Shown in pieces: positions 28,326 through 39,929 of a DNA stretch of 64,000 bases. Position 1 is the first letter of the stretch, and each line of letters opens with the position of its first letter. The position numbers and the translations under genes are program-made. The notes under the pieces are model-generated. The model ran no database searches. It saw nothing but the letters and a program-made list of their open reading frames with translations, and was not told the origin of the DNA. This stretch comes from Mycobacteriales bacterium (GTDB lineage Bacteria > Actinomycetota > Actinomycetes > JAFAQI01), in NCBI GenBank assembly GCA_036267755.1, contig DATAVK010000137.1:1513-65512 (forward strand). Direction: 5' to 3'.

Positions 28326-29846
28326 CTAGCGGATCCGGAGCCCGGACAGCTTCCGCCAGACGCGGTAGAGCTCGGCGTGGGCCTGTTCCGCCCGCGCCTG
28401 CTCCAGTCCGAGCAGGATCCCGTACGTGAACCCGGACTCTCCGCTGGCGGCCTGCGCCTTGATCGCGAGACCCCTCAGCAGGCCGCGGGAGACGACGCCG
28501 TCCTGGTAGTCACCGAGCAGTTCCTGAACGGCCTCGGCCCGCTTGGCGAGCCGTTTGGCGTCCTTCCCGAAATCCTCGCTGAGCGTCTCGCCGGCGTACC
28601 GAAGTCGCTTGGCGGCTTTCCGAGCGCGGTGGTGGGCGACGTCACGTTCTTCGCCTGGTGCTGCGTCCTCCGTCGCGGCGACCCGGCGCTGCAGTTTGCG
28701 GTACGCCTTCGTCACCAGCTTCGGCAGGACGTCGCGGGCGGCGCGTTGCGCTTCATCGGTGTACGGCGGATCCATGACGAACGAATCGAGCTCGGCCAGC
28801 AGCGCGCGGTACCGCGCGCCCCGCAGCGCCGTGAGCAAGCGCTTGCGGGCCGTGACGAGCTCAGGCTGCAGCGTCGACTCGATCCGCTGCTTCACGGGGC
28901 CCATCACGAGCTCGGGCGGCTGGTCGTCGACCGCCGCTGTGAAGCGCTCCAGCTGGACCTCGCGATCCCTCACGTCGCCGAGCACGCCGGCGATCCACTG
29001 AAGCTCGGCGTCGAGCGCCGCCGCCCGGGCCGGGTCGAACATCGAGTGGAAGGTCTTCAACAGGCTGCGCAACCGACGGCTGGCCACCCGCATCTTGTGG
29101 ACCGAGTCGGGAAGGTCCTGCCGCACCGTCGGATCGGCCGCCACCATCGCCTGGGCCTGCGCCGCCAGATAGCGACCGAGCACGTCCGCGGCGATTGCGC
29201 CTCTGCCGTGGCCGCCGCGGGTCATCGGGTCGGCCGGCGCAGCCGCGAGCTCGGCCACGAACAGCCGCTCGGGCCCCGCCGGGTCGGTAGGCCGACCACC
29301 GGCGGCTCGCATCGCGTCGCCGAGCGTCCGGAGCCGTTTCCGATTGCCGTTCAGTGATTCGACGCTGACCTCACGCCAGTGCTCGGCGCGTGTCTGCGCG
29401 CCCATGAGCTGGGCGTCGACGCGGTCGTCCACCAGCTGGGCTACCGGCTTGCCGTCACCCTTGTGGAACAGGTAGACGCTGCGCTCCGTGCGCAATCGCG
29501 CCACCGGTTTCGGCGCGGCGCCGCGAAGCTGGCCAGTCACGAGGTCGTTGACCTCGGCAGGCACGGTGCGGCCGCGGCCGGCCGGCCGCCACAACGGGTC
29601 GGGCTCGTCATCGAGGACAGGCGATGTGAGATACCAGCCTGGATTGATGGCATCGGTACGGCGCGACAACCGCGAGCCCGCGCGCAGCAGGCGCAGGTCG
29701 GTCGAGTCGTAGTAGACCTCGTCACGGGTCTCGGTCAGCGGCTCCTGGGGCGTGCTCAGCTCGGCACAGTGCTGGGCGATCGCCACGAGGAGATCGGCGT
29801 CGCCATCCACGTCGTACCGCTTCTGCACGCTGCGATGCTGGCGCAC
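28326..29846 (-). CDS. CYTH and CHAD domain-containing protein
   Basis: ORF 28326..30173 trimmed to the GTG at 29846 (VRQHRSVQKRYDVD...). It has an N-terminal CYTH-like region and a C-terminal CHAD helical region (VHKMRVASRRLRSLLKTF, HHRARKAAKRLRYAGE). The start is approximate. Confidence 0.8.
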   Translation of the reverse strand: MRQHRSVQKRYDVDGDADLLVAIAQHCAELSTPQEPLTETRDEVYYDSTDLRLLRAGSRLSRRTDAINPGWYLTSPVLDDEPDPLWRPAGRGRTVPAEVNDLVTGQLRGAAPKPVARLRTERSVYLFHKGDGKPVAQLVDDRVDAQLMGAQTRAEHWREVSVESLNGNRKRLRTLGDAMRAAGGRPTDPAGPERLFVAELAAAPADPMTRGGHGRGAIAADVLGRYLAAQAQAMVAADPTVRQDLPDSVHKMRVASRRLRSLLKTFHSMFDPARAAALDAELQWIAGVLGDVRDREVQLERFTAAVDDQPPELVMGPVKQRIESTLQPELVTARKRLLTALRGARYRALLAELDSFVMDPPYTDEAQRAARDVLPKLVTKAYRKLQRRVAATEDAAPGEERDVAHHRARKAAKRLRYAGETLSEDFGKDAKRLAKRAEAVQELLGDYQDGVVSRGLLRGLAIKAQAASGESGFTYGILLGLEQARAEQAHAELYRVWRKLSGLRIR

Positions 29847-30035
29847 TGCCCCTCCGTTGTCGATCCCTTGCGATCTCCAGGCTTTCTCGGCACTGTCGTG
29901 GCTAGCAGGATGACGGCCCACGGCGGGTGAACACTCGGTGAACGACCTGTTCGCCCGGCGGCATCGCCGTACCCGTGGGGCAGATTGTGCTCGGGCCGTC
30001 TGGGGCGGGATGCGTAGCCACGCAGCGGAGGTGTC

Positions 30036-30968
30036 ATGGCGAAGCAGGCAACACGACCATCGAAGTCGCAAGGCGGCCCGATCAAGGCCGCCGATCTGCA
30101 GAACGGTCTGGACGGCCACGAGATCGAGGTTCGCACCGACGAGACCGGTAACCCGGTGCTGCTCGACGGGCACGGTGAGCCAGTCGATACCTGGCGTGAG
30201 GGGTATCCCTACGACACCCGGATGACAAGGCGGGAGTACGACCGCCAGAAGCGGCTGCTGCAGATCGAGCTGCTGAAGCTCCAGTCATGGGTGAAGGCCG
30301 ACAGCCGCCGGCTCGTGATCCTCTTCGAGGGTCGTGACGCGGCCGGCAAGGGCGGCACGATCCGGCGGTTCACCGAGCATCTCAATCCCCGCGGCGCGCG
30401 CGTGGTGGCGCTCGAGAAACCCACCGAGGTGCAGCGCACCCAGTGGTACTTCCAGCGGTACGTCGAGGAGCTGCCGAGCGGCGGTGAGATCGTGCTGTTC
30501 GACCGCTCCTGGTACAACCGGGCCGGCGTCGAGCGGGTGATGGGGTTCTGCACCGACGCTGAGTACGAACGGTTCATGAGCCAGACACCGCAGCTCGAGT
30601 CGATGCTCGTCGAGGACGGGATCGACCTGGTCAAGTTCTGGTTCTCGGTGACCCAGGGTGAGCAGCTGACCCGTTTCACGCTGCGCCGGGTCGATGCCGT
30701 GAAGCAGTGGAAGCTCAGCAAGATGGACCTCGAGTCGCTCGACAAGTGGGACGACTACACCGAGGCCAAGGAGCGAATGTTCCGGAGCACCCACACCAAA
30801 GAGGCACCGTGGACGGTCGTGAAGACCAACGACAAGAAGCGAGGCCGGATCGAGGCGATGCGTTACGTGCTGTCGCGCTTCGACTACCCCGACAAGGACG
30901 CCCAGGCAGTCGGTACGCCAGACCTGTTGATCGTCGGCCCGCCCGACACGGTCCTGGAGGACCGCTGA
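30036..30968 (+). CDS. ppk2: Polyphosphate kinase 2
   Basis: 310-aa ORF with the PPK2 Walker A FEGRDAAGKGGTIRRF and RSWYNRAGVERVMGF. Confidence 0.9.
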   Translation: MAKQATRPSKSQGGPIKAADLQNGLDGHEIEVRTDETGNPVLLDGHGEPVDTWREGYPYDTRMTRREYDRQKRLLQIELLKLQSWVKADSRRLVILFEGRDAAGKGGTIRRFTEHLNPRGARVVALEKPTEVQRTQWYFQRYVEELPSGGEIVLFDRSWYNRAGVERVMGFCTDAEYERFMSQTPQLESMLVEDGIDLVKFWFSVTQGEQLTRFTLRRVDAVKQWKLSKMDLESLDKWDDYTEAKERMFRSTHTKEAPWTVVKTNDKKRGRIEAMRYVLSRFDYPDKDAQAVGTPDLLIVGPPDTVLEDR

Positions 30969-30972
30969 GCCG

Positions 30973-31278
30973 CTAGGTGATCTGCCGCGACGGCGCTGCG
31001 AGTGGCCAGCCGCCGGCCGCGAGGTGCGAGCGGACCCGAGCCACGTCGCTGTCCGAGGGTCGCTGACTGGTCACTGAGGTGATGGCCTCGCGGATCGCTC
31101 GTGCCGAGGTCGGGTCTGCATCTTGAGCCAGCTCGTCCGCGATGGCCTTGGCTTCGTCCTCGGACAGCTCCTTCGAGAGCAGCGCGAACAGCGGGATGTA
31201 GTCGCGCTCCGGAACGCCCTCGGGGTAGCCCTCACGGAGCCAGCCCACGATCGAACTCAGGATCGGCGGTAGTGGCAC
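30973..31278 (-). CDS. DUF3349 domain-containing protein
   Basis: 101-aa ORF beginning ILSSIVGWLREGYPEGVPERDYIPLFALL, a typical DUF3349 N-terminus. Confidence 0.7.
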   Translation of the reverse strand: MPLPPILSSIVGWLREGYPEGVPERDYIPLFALLSKELSEDEAKAIADELAQDADPTSARAIREAITSVTSQRPSDSDVARVRSHLAAGGWPLAAPSRQIT

Positions 31279-31287
31279 GGTGGCTCC

Positions 31288-31542
31288 TCAGCTCCCGGCG
31301 ACGATGAGATAGATGCCGTACCCGATCGCGGCGAGCACAACCGCGAAGCAGACCGATGCGGCCGCCACGTTGGCGGGCGCCATCGTGATCGTGCCGGTGC
31401 CGGGCTCGACCCGGTGGGCGTCATGGCGCGGCGGTGCGAGCACCCGTAGCCCGATCGCGAACAGGGCCGGCAGACCCGCCCCGGCGGCGAGGCCGATGAC
31501 GACGATCTTCCACAGTGCGTGGAGGTCAATCCAGGAGTCCAC
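31288..31542 (-). CDS. Small two-TM membrane protein (hypothetical), co-oriented with pit
   Basis: 84-aa ORF with two hydrophobic helices, 17 nt downstream of the pit stop. Confidence 0.5.
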   Translation of the reverse strand: MDSWIDLHALWKIVVIGLAAGAGLPALFAIGLRVLAPPRHDAHRVEPGTGTITMAPANVAAASVCFAVVLAAIGYGIYLIVAGS

Positions 31543-31558
31543 GTTTCCGCCCTTCGGC

Positions 31559-32713
31559 TCAGGCTGCCATCGACGGCTCGGCGGTACGCGCCGGGTACGG
31601 CGTACCCGTCCACTCGTCGTTGACGTTGTCGGAGTGCACCTTGTTCTTGCGCGACTTCGCGAAGATCATTCCCGCGATGGCGACCAGCACGGCGAAAGCA
31701 ACGATCACTCCGGCGTCACCGCCGATACCGTTCGCCAGCCCGTAACCCGCGGCGCCCACCACTCCGGCAGACGGCAGCGTGAAGACCCAGGCCGTCGCCA
31801 TCCGCCCGGCGACGCTCCAGCGGACGGTCGCGCCCTTCTTGCCCACACCCGACCCGAGGATCGAGCCGGTAGCGACGTGGGTGGTCGACAGCGAGTACCC
31901 GAAATGGCTGGACAGCAGGATGGTTGCAGCGGCTGCGGACTCCGCGGCCATCCCCTGGGGCGACTCGATCTCCACGAGCCCCTTGCCCAGGGTCCGGATC
32001 ACGCGCCAGCCACCGGCATACGTTCCGATGCTGATCGCCAGCCCGCAGGTCAGGATCACCCAGAACGGTGCCGATGCGTTGGCGCTTACCGAGCCGTTGA
32101 CGATCAGCGCCAGCGTGATGATGCCCATCGTCTTCTGCGCGTCGTTGGTGCCGTGCGCGAGCGACACCATCGACGCCGAGCCGATCTGACCAATGCGGAA
32201 GCCCCGTGTGCGGGTGCCTTCCTCGACGTTGCGGCTGATCCGATAGATGACCCAGGTGCCGACAACCGCGATCCCGCCGGCGATGACCGGCGACAGTCCG
32301 GCCGGGATGATCACCTTCTCGACCAGGTTGTGCCACTGCACCGCGTGGCCGCCGGCTGCCGCGATCGTCGAGCCGATGACTCCACCGATCAGCGCATGCG
32401 AGGAGCTCGATGGGATCCCGAAGAACCAGGTGAGCAGGTTCCACGTGATGCCACCCGCCAGCCCGGCGAAGACCACGGTCAGCGTGACGACATGGGTATC
32501 GACCAGGCCGCTCGCAATCGTTGCGGCGACGCTCAGCGACAGGAAGGCACCAACCAGGTTGAGCACACCGGACAGCGCGACCGCTGTCTTCGGCGGCAGT
32601 GCGCCGGTGGCGATCGACGTCGCCATCGCGTTCGCGGTGTCATGGAAGCCGTTGGTGAAGTCGAAACCGAGCGCCGTCACCACGACCAGCACTAACAGGA
32701 ATGTGTTGCCCAC
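31559..32713 (-). CDS. pit: Inorganic phosphate transporter, PiT family
   Basis: 384-aa ORF with duplicated PiT signatures GFDFTNGFHDTANAMAT and AHGTNDAQKTMGII. Confidence 0.9.
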   Translation of the reverse strand: MGNTFLLVLVVVTALGFDFTNGFHDTANAMATSIATGALPPKTAVALSGVLNLVGAFLSLSVAATIASGLVDTHVVTLTVVFAGLAGGITWNLLTWFFGIPSSSSHALIGGVIGSTIAAAGGHAVQWHNLVEKVIIPAGLSPVIAGGIAVVGTWVIYRISRNVEEGTRTRGFRIGQIGSASMVSLAHGTNDAQKTMGIITLALIVNGSVSANASAPFWVILTCGLAISIGTYAGGWRVIRTLGKGLVEIESPQGMAAESAAAATILLSSHFGYSLSTTHVATGSILGSGVGKKGATVRWSVAGRMATAWVFTLPSAGVVGAAGYGLANGIGGDAGVIVAFAVLVAIAGMIFAKSRKNKVHSDNVNDEWTGTPYPARTAEPSMAA

Positions 32714-32811
32714 GGGAACTTTTTACCGGGCTAATCGGCCTCCCCCCGGATCGCGAAAGATCTTTGCCTGCTGTTCATCCGATGGTTGATCACGTTCCAC
32801 CGAGACGGTCG

Positions 32812-35132
<2,321 letters not shown>

Positions 35133-35162
35133 GCCGCGATTCTATTGGCTCACCTCCACCGA

Positions 35163-35208
35163 GTTTGTGAACCGCGGCTGCTCGCGGGCGCAGTGGCGGT
35201 TCACAAAC
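35163..35208 (-). terminator. Hairpin between recR and ask (13-bp perfect stem, 20-nt loop)
   Basis: gtttgtgaaccgc (35163-35175) pairs with gcggttcacaaac (35196-35208). It lies 10 nt downstream of the recR stop on the transcribed strand. Confidence 0.45.
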
Positions 35209-35217
35209 CGTCGGGAG

Positions 35218-35817
35218 CTACACGTCGAGCAGGCGACGACCCTCGAAGGCCCGGCCGAGCGTGACCTCGTCGGCGTACTCCAAGTCGCCGCCGACCGGCA
35301 GGCCGCTGGCGAGCCGGGTGACCCGAAGCCCCATCGGCTTGACCAGCCGGGCGAGGTACGTCGCGGTCGCCTCGCCTTCGAGGTTGGGGTCCGTCGCGAC
35401 GATGAGCTCGGTCACGGTGTCGTCGGCGAGCCGGGTCATCAGCTCGCGGATCCGCAGGTCGTCCGGGCCGACGCCCTCGATCGGGGAGATGGCGCCGCCG
35501 AGCACGTGATAGCGGCCTCGGAACTCGCGGGTCCGCTCGATCGCGACGACGTCCTTGGGCTCCTCGACGACGCAGATGATCGCCAGGTCGCGCCGCGGGT
35601 CACGGCAGACCCGGCACTGGTCCTCCTGGGACACGTTGCCGCAGATGGTGCAGAAGCGGACCTTGTCCTTCACCTCGGTGAGGGCGAGGACCAGCCGGCG
35701 GACGTCGACGGGGTCGGCAGCGAGCAGGTGGAACGCGATGCGCTGCGCGCTCTTGGGCCCGACACCGGGCAGCCGGCCGAGCTCGTCGATCAGATCCTGG
35801 ACCGCGCCTTCGTACAC
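35218..35817 (-). CDS. recR: Recombination protein RecR
   Basis: 199-aa ORF with an HhH N-terminus, the Cys4 zinc finger [16 protein letters not shown] and a Toprim domain. Confidence 0.95.
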   Translation of the reverse strand: MYEGAVQDLIDELGRLPGVGPKSAQRIAFHLLAADPVDVRRLVLALTEVKDKVRFCTICGNVSQEDQCRVCRDPRRDLAIICVVEEPKDVVAIERTREFRGRYHVLGGAISPIEGVGPDDLRIRELMTRLADDTVTELIVATDPNLEGEATATYLARLVKPMGLRVTRLASGLPVGGDLEYADEVTLGRAFEGRRLLDV

Positions 35818-35827
35818 GTCGGCGCCG

Positions 35828-36157
35828 CTAGAAGCCCGGCAGCCCGAGGCCGCCGCCCATGCCGCCGGCGAGTGGTCCCATGGTGGTCTCGGCCAGCTCG
35901 TCCGCCGCCCGCTTGGCGTCGCGGACGGCCGCCACGATGAGGTCCTGCAGCGTCTCCAGATCGTCGACGTCGACCGCCTTGGGGTCGATGACGAGATCGG
36001 TCAGCTCGCCGGAGCCGGTGAGCGTCGCGCGGACCAGACCGCCACCGGCGGTGCCCTCGACGACGGCCTTCTGCAGCTCGGCTTGGGCGGCCAACAGCTC
36101 GCGCTGCATCTTCTGGGCCTGCTGCATCAGCTGCTGCATGTTCGGCTGCGGTGGCAT
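35828..36157 (-). CDS. YbaB/EbfC family nucleoid-associated protein
   Basis: This is the C-terminal 109 codons of ORF 35828..36661, from the ATG at 36157 ([28 protein letters not shown]...). Confidence 0.9.
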   Translation of the reverse strand: MPPQPNMQQLMQQAQKMQRELLAAQAELQKAVVEGTAGGGLVRATLTGSGELTDLVIDPKAVDVDDLETLQDLIVAAVRDAKRAADELAETTMGPLAGGMGGGLGLPGF

Positions 36158-36231
36158 GCCGCCAGGGTACGGCGAGCGACCGACATCGTCGCGCGGCTCG
36201 CGGGTCCTCGAGCGGAGGCCGCGAGCAGGAG

Positions 36232-38109
36232 CTAGGAGTGGTCGATCTCGCCGATCACCTGCGCGCCCAGACCGTCCTGGAGCAAGGCGAGCGCCGCGTC
36301 CTGCGGGTCCTGGCGACCAGCCGCCGGCTGTGCCGGATCCGAGAGGTCGACCTCGACGTCGTCCGGCTCGGGCTCCAGCTCGATAGCCGGGGCCGATCGC
36401 GTCGTACCGCCCGTCGATGTGGCCGGAGGTGCGGGAGCCGCGCCGCCCACGGTCTTGAGCGCGAGGTCCAGACCCGCGACTTCCTTGAGCGCCTGGCGGA
36501 AGACCTCGGCCTTGCCCTCCTCGAACTGCTTCGCGAACAGCGAGGGCGTGAACTCCAGCGTCACCGACCGCGAGTCGGCATCGATGACCGTGGCGTACTG
36601 GCTGAGCATCGTGAAGGCGACCCGGCTGCGTTGCTTCACCGCCTCGAGTACGTCGTCCCACAGCCGACGGATGGCGGCGGCATCGACCCCGCCCGCGGCG
36701 ACGCCGCCCGGGGTGGCCGGCTGCGGAGCCACGGCGGCGGCCGGCTGCGGAGCCACGGCGGCGGCGGGCTGGTCGGCGACCGGCTCCGGCTCGATCACGG
36801 CGGGCTCGGGGGGTGCAGGCTCGTCGGCAGCTGGGTCCTCCGCAACGGCAGCGGCGGGCGCCTCGACAACGGCCGGCTCCGCGGCAGCCGACTCAGGCGT
36901 CGACGCTGCCGGCTCCGACACCTCGGACGACGGGGCGGGTACGCCAGTGGCGGCCAGCCGGCGTTCCATCCGGTCGAGCCGGGCGAGCAACGAGGAGACG
37001 TCGGACGCTGCGCCGGGCAGCAGGACCCGGGCCGCCGCGAGCTCGAGCACCAGCCGGGTCGAGGTGGTTCCCCGCATCTCGACGAGGGCGGCAGCCATCA
37101 GGTCGGCCGCGCGGGACAGCCACGCCCGACCGGAACGGGCCGCCTGTCCGCGCATCCGCTCGAGCTCGTCCGCGGGCAGGTCGAGCAGGCCGTTCTCACC
37201 GGCGTCCGGGACCGCATCGAGAACCAGCAGGTCACGGAATCGCTCGAGCAGGTCCTGGGCGAACCGGCGGGGGTCGAGGCCGGCCTCGATCACCCGGTCG
37301 ACCGCCCCGAACACCGCGGCGCCGTCGTTCGCGCCGAACGCGTCGACAACCTCGTCGAGCAGGGCTCCGTCGGTGTAGCCGAGCAGCGACAGCGCCCGGG
37401 CATAGGTGATCCCCTCGTCACCGGCCCCCGCGGCCAGCTGGTCGAGGATCGACTGCGCGTCACGGGCCGATCCGCCGCCCGCGCGGACGATCAGCGGCAG
37501 CACCAGCGGGTCGACCTCGATGCCTTCTCGCTCGCACAGTCCTGCGAGGTGCTCCCGCATGACCTGCGGCGGGATCAACCGGAACCGGTAGTGGAAGGTC
37601 CGCGACCTGATCGTCGCGAGCACCTTGTCGGGCTCGGTGGTCGCGAAGATGAACTTGACGTGCGGCGGGGGCTCCTCGACGACCTTGAGCAGCGCGTTGA
37701 AGGCCGCGGTCGTGATCATGTGGGCCTCGTCGATGATGTACACCTTGAATCGCGACGACACCGGGGCGAAGTAGGCGCGTTCCCGCAGGTCACGGGCGTC
37801 ATCGACCAGGCCGTGCGAGGCGGCGTCGATCTCGACCACGTCGAGCGAGCCCGGCCCCATCGGTGCCAGCGCCACGCACGAGTCGCACACGCCGCACGGC
37901 GTCGGGGTCGGCCCCTTCTCGCAGTTCAGCGACCGAGCCAGGATGCGTGCGCTCGAGGTCTTGCCGCAGCCACGCGGGCCGCTGAACAGGTAGGCGTGAT
38001 GGATCTTGCCGTTGCGCAACGCCTGCGAGATCGGCTCGGTGACGTGCTCCTGCCCGACCACCTCAGCGAAGGTGCCCGGCCGGTACTTGCGGTACAGCGC
38101 GAGGGACAC
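36232..38109 (-). CDS. dnaX: DNA polymerase III subunit gamma/tau
   Basis: ORF 36232..38142 trimmed to the GTG at 38109 ([14 protein letters not shown]..., GGGAGG 7 nt upstream), because the ATG at 38142 lies inside the SRP RNA. Walker A is GPRGCGKTS. Confidence 0.9.
   Translation of the reverse strand: MSLALYRKYRPGTFAEVVGQEHVTEPISQALRNGKIHHAYLFSGPRGCGKTSSARILARSLNCEKGPTPTPCGVCDSCVALAPMGPGSLDVVEIDAASHGLVDDARDLRERAYFAPVSSRFKVYIIDEAHMITTAAFNALLKVVEEPPPHVKFIFATTEPDKVLATIRSRTFHYRFRLIPPQVMREHLAGLCEREGIEVDPLVLPLIVRAGGGSARDAQSILDQLAAGAGDEGITYARALSLLGYTDGALLDEVVDAFGANDGAAVFGAVDRVIEAGLDPRRFAQDLLERFRDLLVLDAVPDAGENGLLDLPADELERMRGQAARSGRAWLSRAADLMAAALVEMRGTTSTRLVLELAAARVLLPGAASDVSSLLARLDRMERRLAATGVPAPSSEVSEPAASTPESAAAEPAVVEAPAAAVAEDPAADEPAPPEPAVIEPEPVADQPAAAVAPQPAAAVAPQPATPGGVAAGGVDAAAIRRLWDDVLEAVKQRSRVAFTMLSQYATVIDADSRSVTLEFTPSLFAKQFEEGKAEVFRQALKEVAGLDLALKTVGGAAPAPPATSTGGTTRSAPAIELEPEPDDVEVDLSDPAQPAAGRQDPQDAALALLQDGLGAQVIGEIDHS
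36717..36764 (-). repeat. Perfect 24-bp tandem duplication inside the dnaX tau linker
   Basis: ccggctgcggagccacggcggcgg occurs twice back to back (36717-36740 and 36741-36764). It is in frame and duplicates PQPAAAVA. Confidence 0.9.
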
Positions 38110-38127
38110 CGACAACCTCCCAGAAAC

Positions 38128-38224
38128 GAGGACCCCTCGCACACCCGCCAGAGCCCGCTTGCCCTTGCTGCCTTCCGGCCCTGGGGGGGTTGGGCGAGGT
38201 GACGCCGCACGAGGGGTCGTCCTC
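38128..38224 (-). ncRNA. ffs: Signal recognition particle RNA (small bacterial SRP / 4.5S type)
   Basis: The minus strand reads ...CAGGGCCGGAAGGCAGCAAGGGCAAG..., the conserved domain IV motif. The terminal arms gaggac/cccctcg (38128-) pair with cgaggggtcgtcctc (-38224). Its position upstream of dnaX is typical. The ends are approximate. Confidence 0.75.
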
Positions 38225-38293
38225 CACTCTAGCCACGCCGTCGGACCGTCGACCGCTCTCCACAGCCACCTCGAATCGCCTAGACTCGTCGCC

Positions 38294-38379
38294 GGAGGAT
38301 TCGCCTAGTTGGCCTATGGCGCACGCTTGGAAAGCGTGTTGGGGGTAACCCCTCGCGAGTTCGAATCTCGCATCCTCCG
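38294..38379 (+). tRNA. tRNA-Ser (anticodon GGA)
   Basis: The acceptor is GGAGGAT/ATCCTCC, the anticodon stem CACGC/GCGTG with loop TTGGAAA. It has a long variable arm (TTGGGGGTAACCCCTC), the T-arm GAGTTCGAATCTC and discriminator G. CCA is not encoded. Confidence 0.9.
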
Positions 38380-38609
38380 CTGGCTGGCCGAGCCGACGGA
38401 AGCAAGCGAACGGCGACGCAGCGAACGGCCGAGCGACACCGGAGGTTCCGATCGCGACGTCGGCGCGGCCCGCGACCTGGCCGACGTACGCCGGGCCCCT
38501 GCTCCTCGCCGTCTCCTTCGGGTGCCTCGCCGCCGTCGCGATCCTCGGGCCCAGCGCCGCCGAGCCGCCGCTCGGCGCCGCCGACGACGGGGCCACCCCG
38601 CCGTGGCAC

Positions 38610-39887
38610 GTGAGCGCGCATCCCCCGCCGTACCTCGTCACGATCTTGCTCGTCCTCGCGGTCGCCGCAGCCGTCGTCGTCGCCCTCGCGGGGCTCACCG
38701 GCAGGTGGCGGCCGCGGCCGGCCCGGCTGCTCGCCGCGGGCCTGCTCGCCGCCGCCGCGCTGTCCCTGCTGCCGCCGATCGGGTCGGCGGACCCGCTGTC
38801 CTACGCCGCGTACGGGCGGACGGTTGTCACCGGCCACGACCCGTGGAGCACGACCCCGCGTCAGCTGGCCGCCACCGGTGACCCGGTCGGGCGCGCCGTC
38901 GAGACGCCCTGGCAGGACACCCCGAGCGTGTACGGGCCGATCGCGACCGCCGAGCAGGCCGCCGCGTCGGAGATCGCCGGTGACAACGTGGCGCTGACCG
39001 TGCTGCTCCTCGACCTGGTCGGCGGCCTGGTGTTCGCCGGAGCGGGGCTGCTGCTGCACCGGCTGGCCCGAGACCAGCGGGGGAAGCTGCGGGCGGCCGT
39101 GCTGTGGTCGGCCAACCCGCTGCTCTGGCTGGAGCTGGTCGCCGGTGCCCACCTCGATCTGCTGGCCGCGGGTGCCGCGCTGGCGGCGGTCGCCGTGGCG
39201 GCACGCAACCGGATTGCGGCGGGCGCGCTCGCCGGGGTGGCGGCGAGCATCAAGGCTCCTGTCGGCCTGGTCTGGCTGGGAATCGCCTGGTCCGCGCGGC
39301 GTTCCCGGCGAGCGCTGGTCGAGCTCGCAGCCGGCGCTCTGGTGGTGGCCGGAGTCGGGTACGCCGTGGCCGGGACGGCCGTTTTTCGCCAGCTGCACCG
39401 CGCCTCGCGGCTGGTGTCGCTCGGCACCCCGTGGCGGCCGGTCGCCAACCTGGGAGTGTCACGCTCGCTGATCAGCCTGCTCGCGCTGGTGCTGTTCGCG
39501 ATCGTCGTCGCTGCGCTGCGCCGGTTGCACCCCGACATCCACGCCGGTACGCCGGCCGGCCTGGCCTTCGCGCTCACGCTGGCCTACACGCTGGCTGCGC
39601 CGTACTCACTGCCCTGGTACGACGCGGTGCCCTGGGTGCTGCTGCCCCTGATCGCGGCCAGCCGGCTCGACCTGGTCCTGCTCGCGCACACGGCGGTGCT
39701 CGCGCTCGCCTATATCCCCGGCCGGGCGGCGGTGACCCTGGCCGGCACCGAGCACGCGCTCACCTGGGGGATGCGTACCGATGTGTCCCCAATCCTGCTG
39801 TTTGTGCTGCTGCTCGGGATCTTGTGGACCGCCTGGAATCGGCGGATGTGGCGAATCTCACGGTGGACAACCCACCCACCCGCCTGA
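38610..39887 (+). CDS. GT-C fold membrane glycosyltransferase (DUF2029 / GT87, MptB-like mannosyltransferase family); the true start may be upstream (see finding)
   Basis: 425-aa ORF from the GTG at 38610, polytopic, with the motif SADPLSYAAYGR...DPW...PSVYGPI typical of this family. The in-frame upstream region back to ~38451 already shows 100% G/C third positions. Confidence 0.65.
   Translation: MSAHPPPYLVTILLVLAVAAAVVVALAGLTGRWRPRPARLLAAGLLAAAALSLLPPIGSADPLSYAAYGRTVVTGHDPWSTTPRQLAATGDPVGRAVETPWQDTPSVYGPIATAEQAAASEIAGDNVALTVLLLDLVGGLVFAGAGLLLHRLARDQRGKLRAAVLWSANPLLWLELVAGAHLDLLAAGAALAAVAVAARNRIAAGALAGVAASIKAPVGLVWLGIAWSARRSRRALVELAAGALVVAGVGYAVAGTAVFRQLHRASRLVSLGTPWRPVANLGVSRSLISLLALVLFAIVVAALRRLHPDIHAGTPAGLAFALTLAYTLAAPYSLPWYDAVPWVLLPLIAASRLDLVLLAHTAVLALAYIPGRAAVTLAGTEHALTWGMRTDVSPILLFVLLLGILWTAWNRRMWRISRWTTHPPA
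39847..39862 (+). promoter_or_regulatory. Candidate CRP-type palindrome TGTGG-N6-TCACG upstream of the rpf leader
   Basis: tgtggcgaatctcacg matches the actinobacterial Crp/GlxR consensus TGTGA-N6-TCACA at 8 of 10 core positions. It lies in the last 40 nt of the upstream CDS. Confidence 0.25.
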
Positions 39888-39929
39888 GGTCGTCTTAGCC
39901 TGGTGCTTGCTCACAGCAAACGCTTTGGG

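Noticed and set aside
35133-35217. A lysine riboswitch or attenuator upstream of ask.
   Set aside because: The only structure is one simple 13-bp hairpin directly after recR. None of the multi-helix L-box features are visible. It is better explained as the recR terminator.
36232-38109. A programmed ribosomal frameshift site in dnaX (gamma versus tau), as in E. coli.
   Set aside because: I found no A-AAA-AAG-like slippery heptamer on the coding strand while reading the gene. Actinobacterial dnaX is not known to frameshift.
38110-38142. The ATG at 38142 as the dnaX start (as in the ORF track).
   Set aside because: It lies inside the predicted SRP RNA (38128-38224). The GTG at 38109 has a GGGAGG Shine-Dalgarno and gives the canonical [10 protein letters not shown]-terminus.
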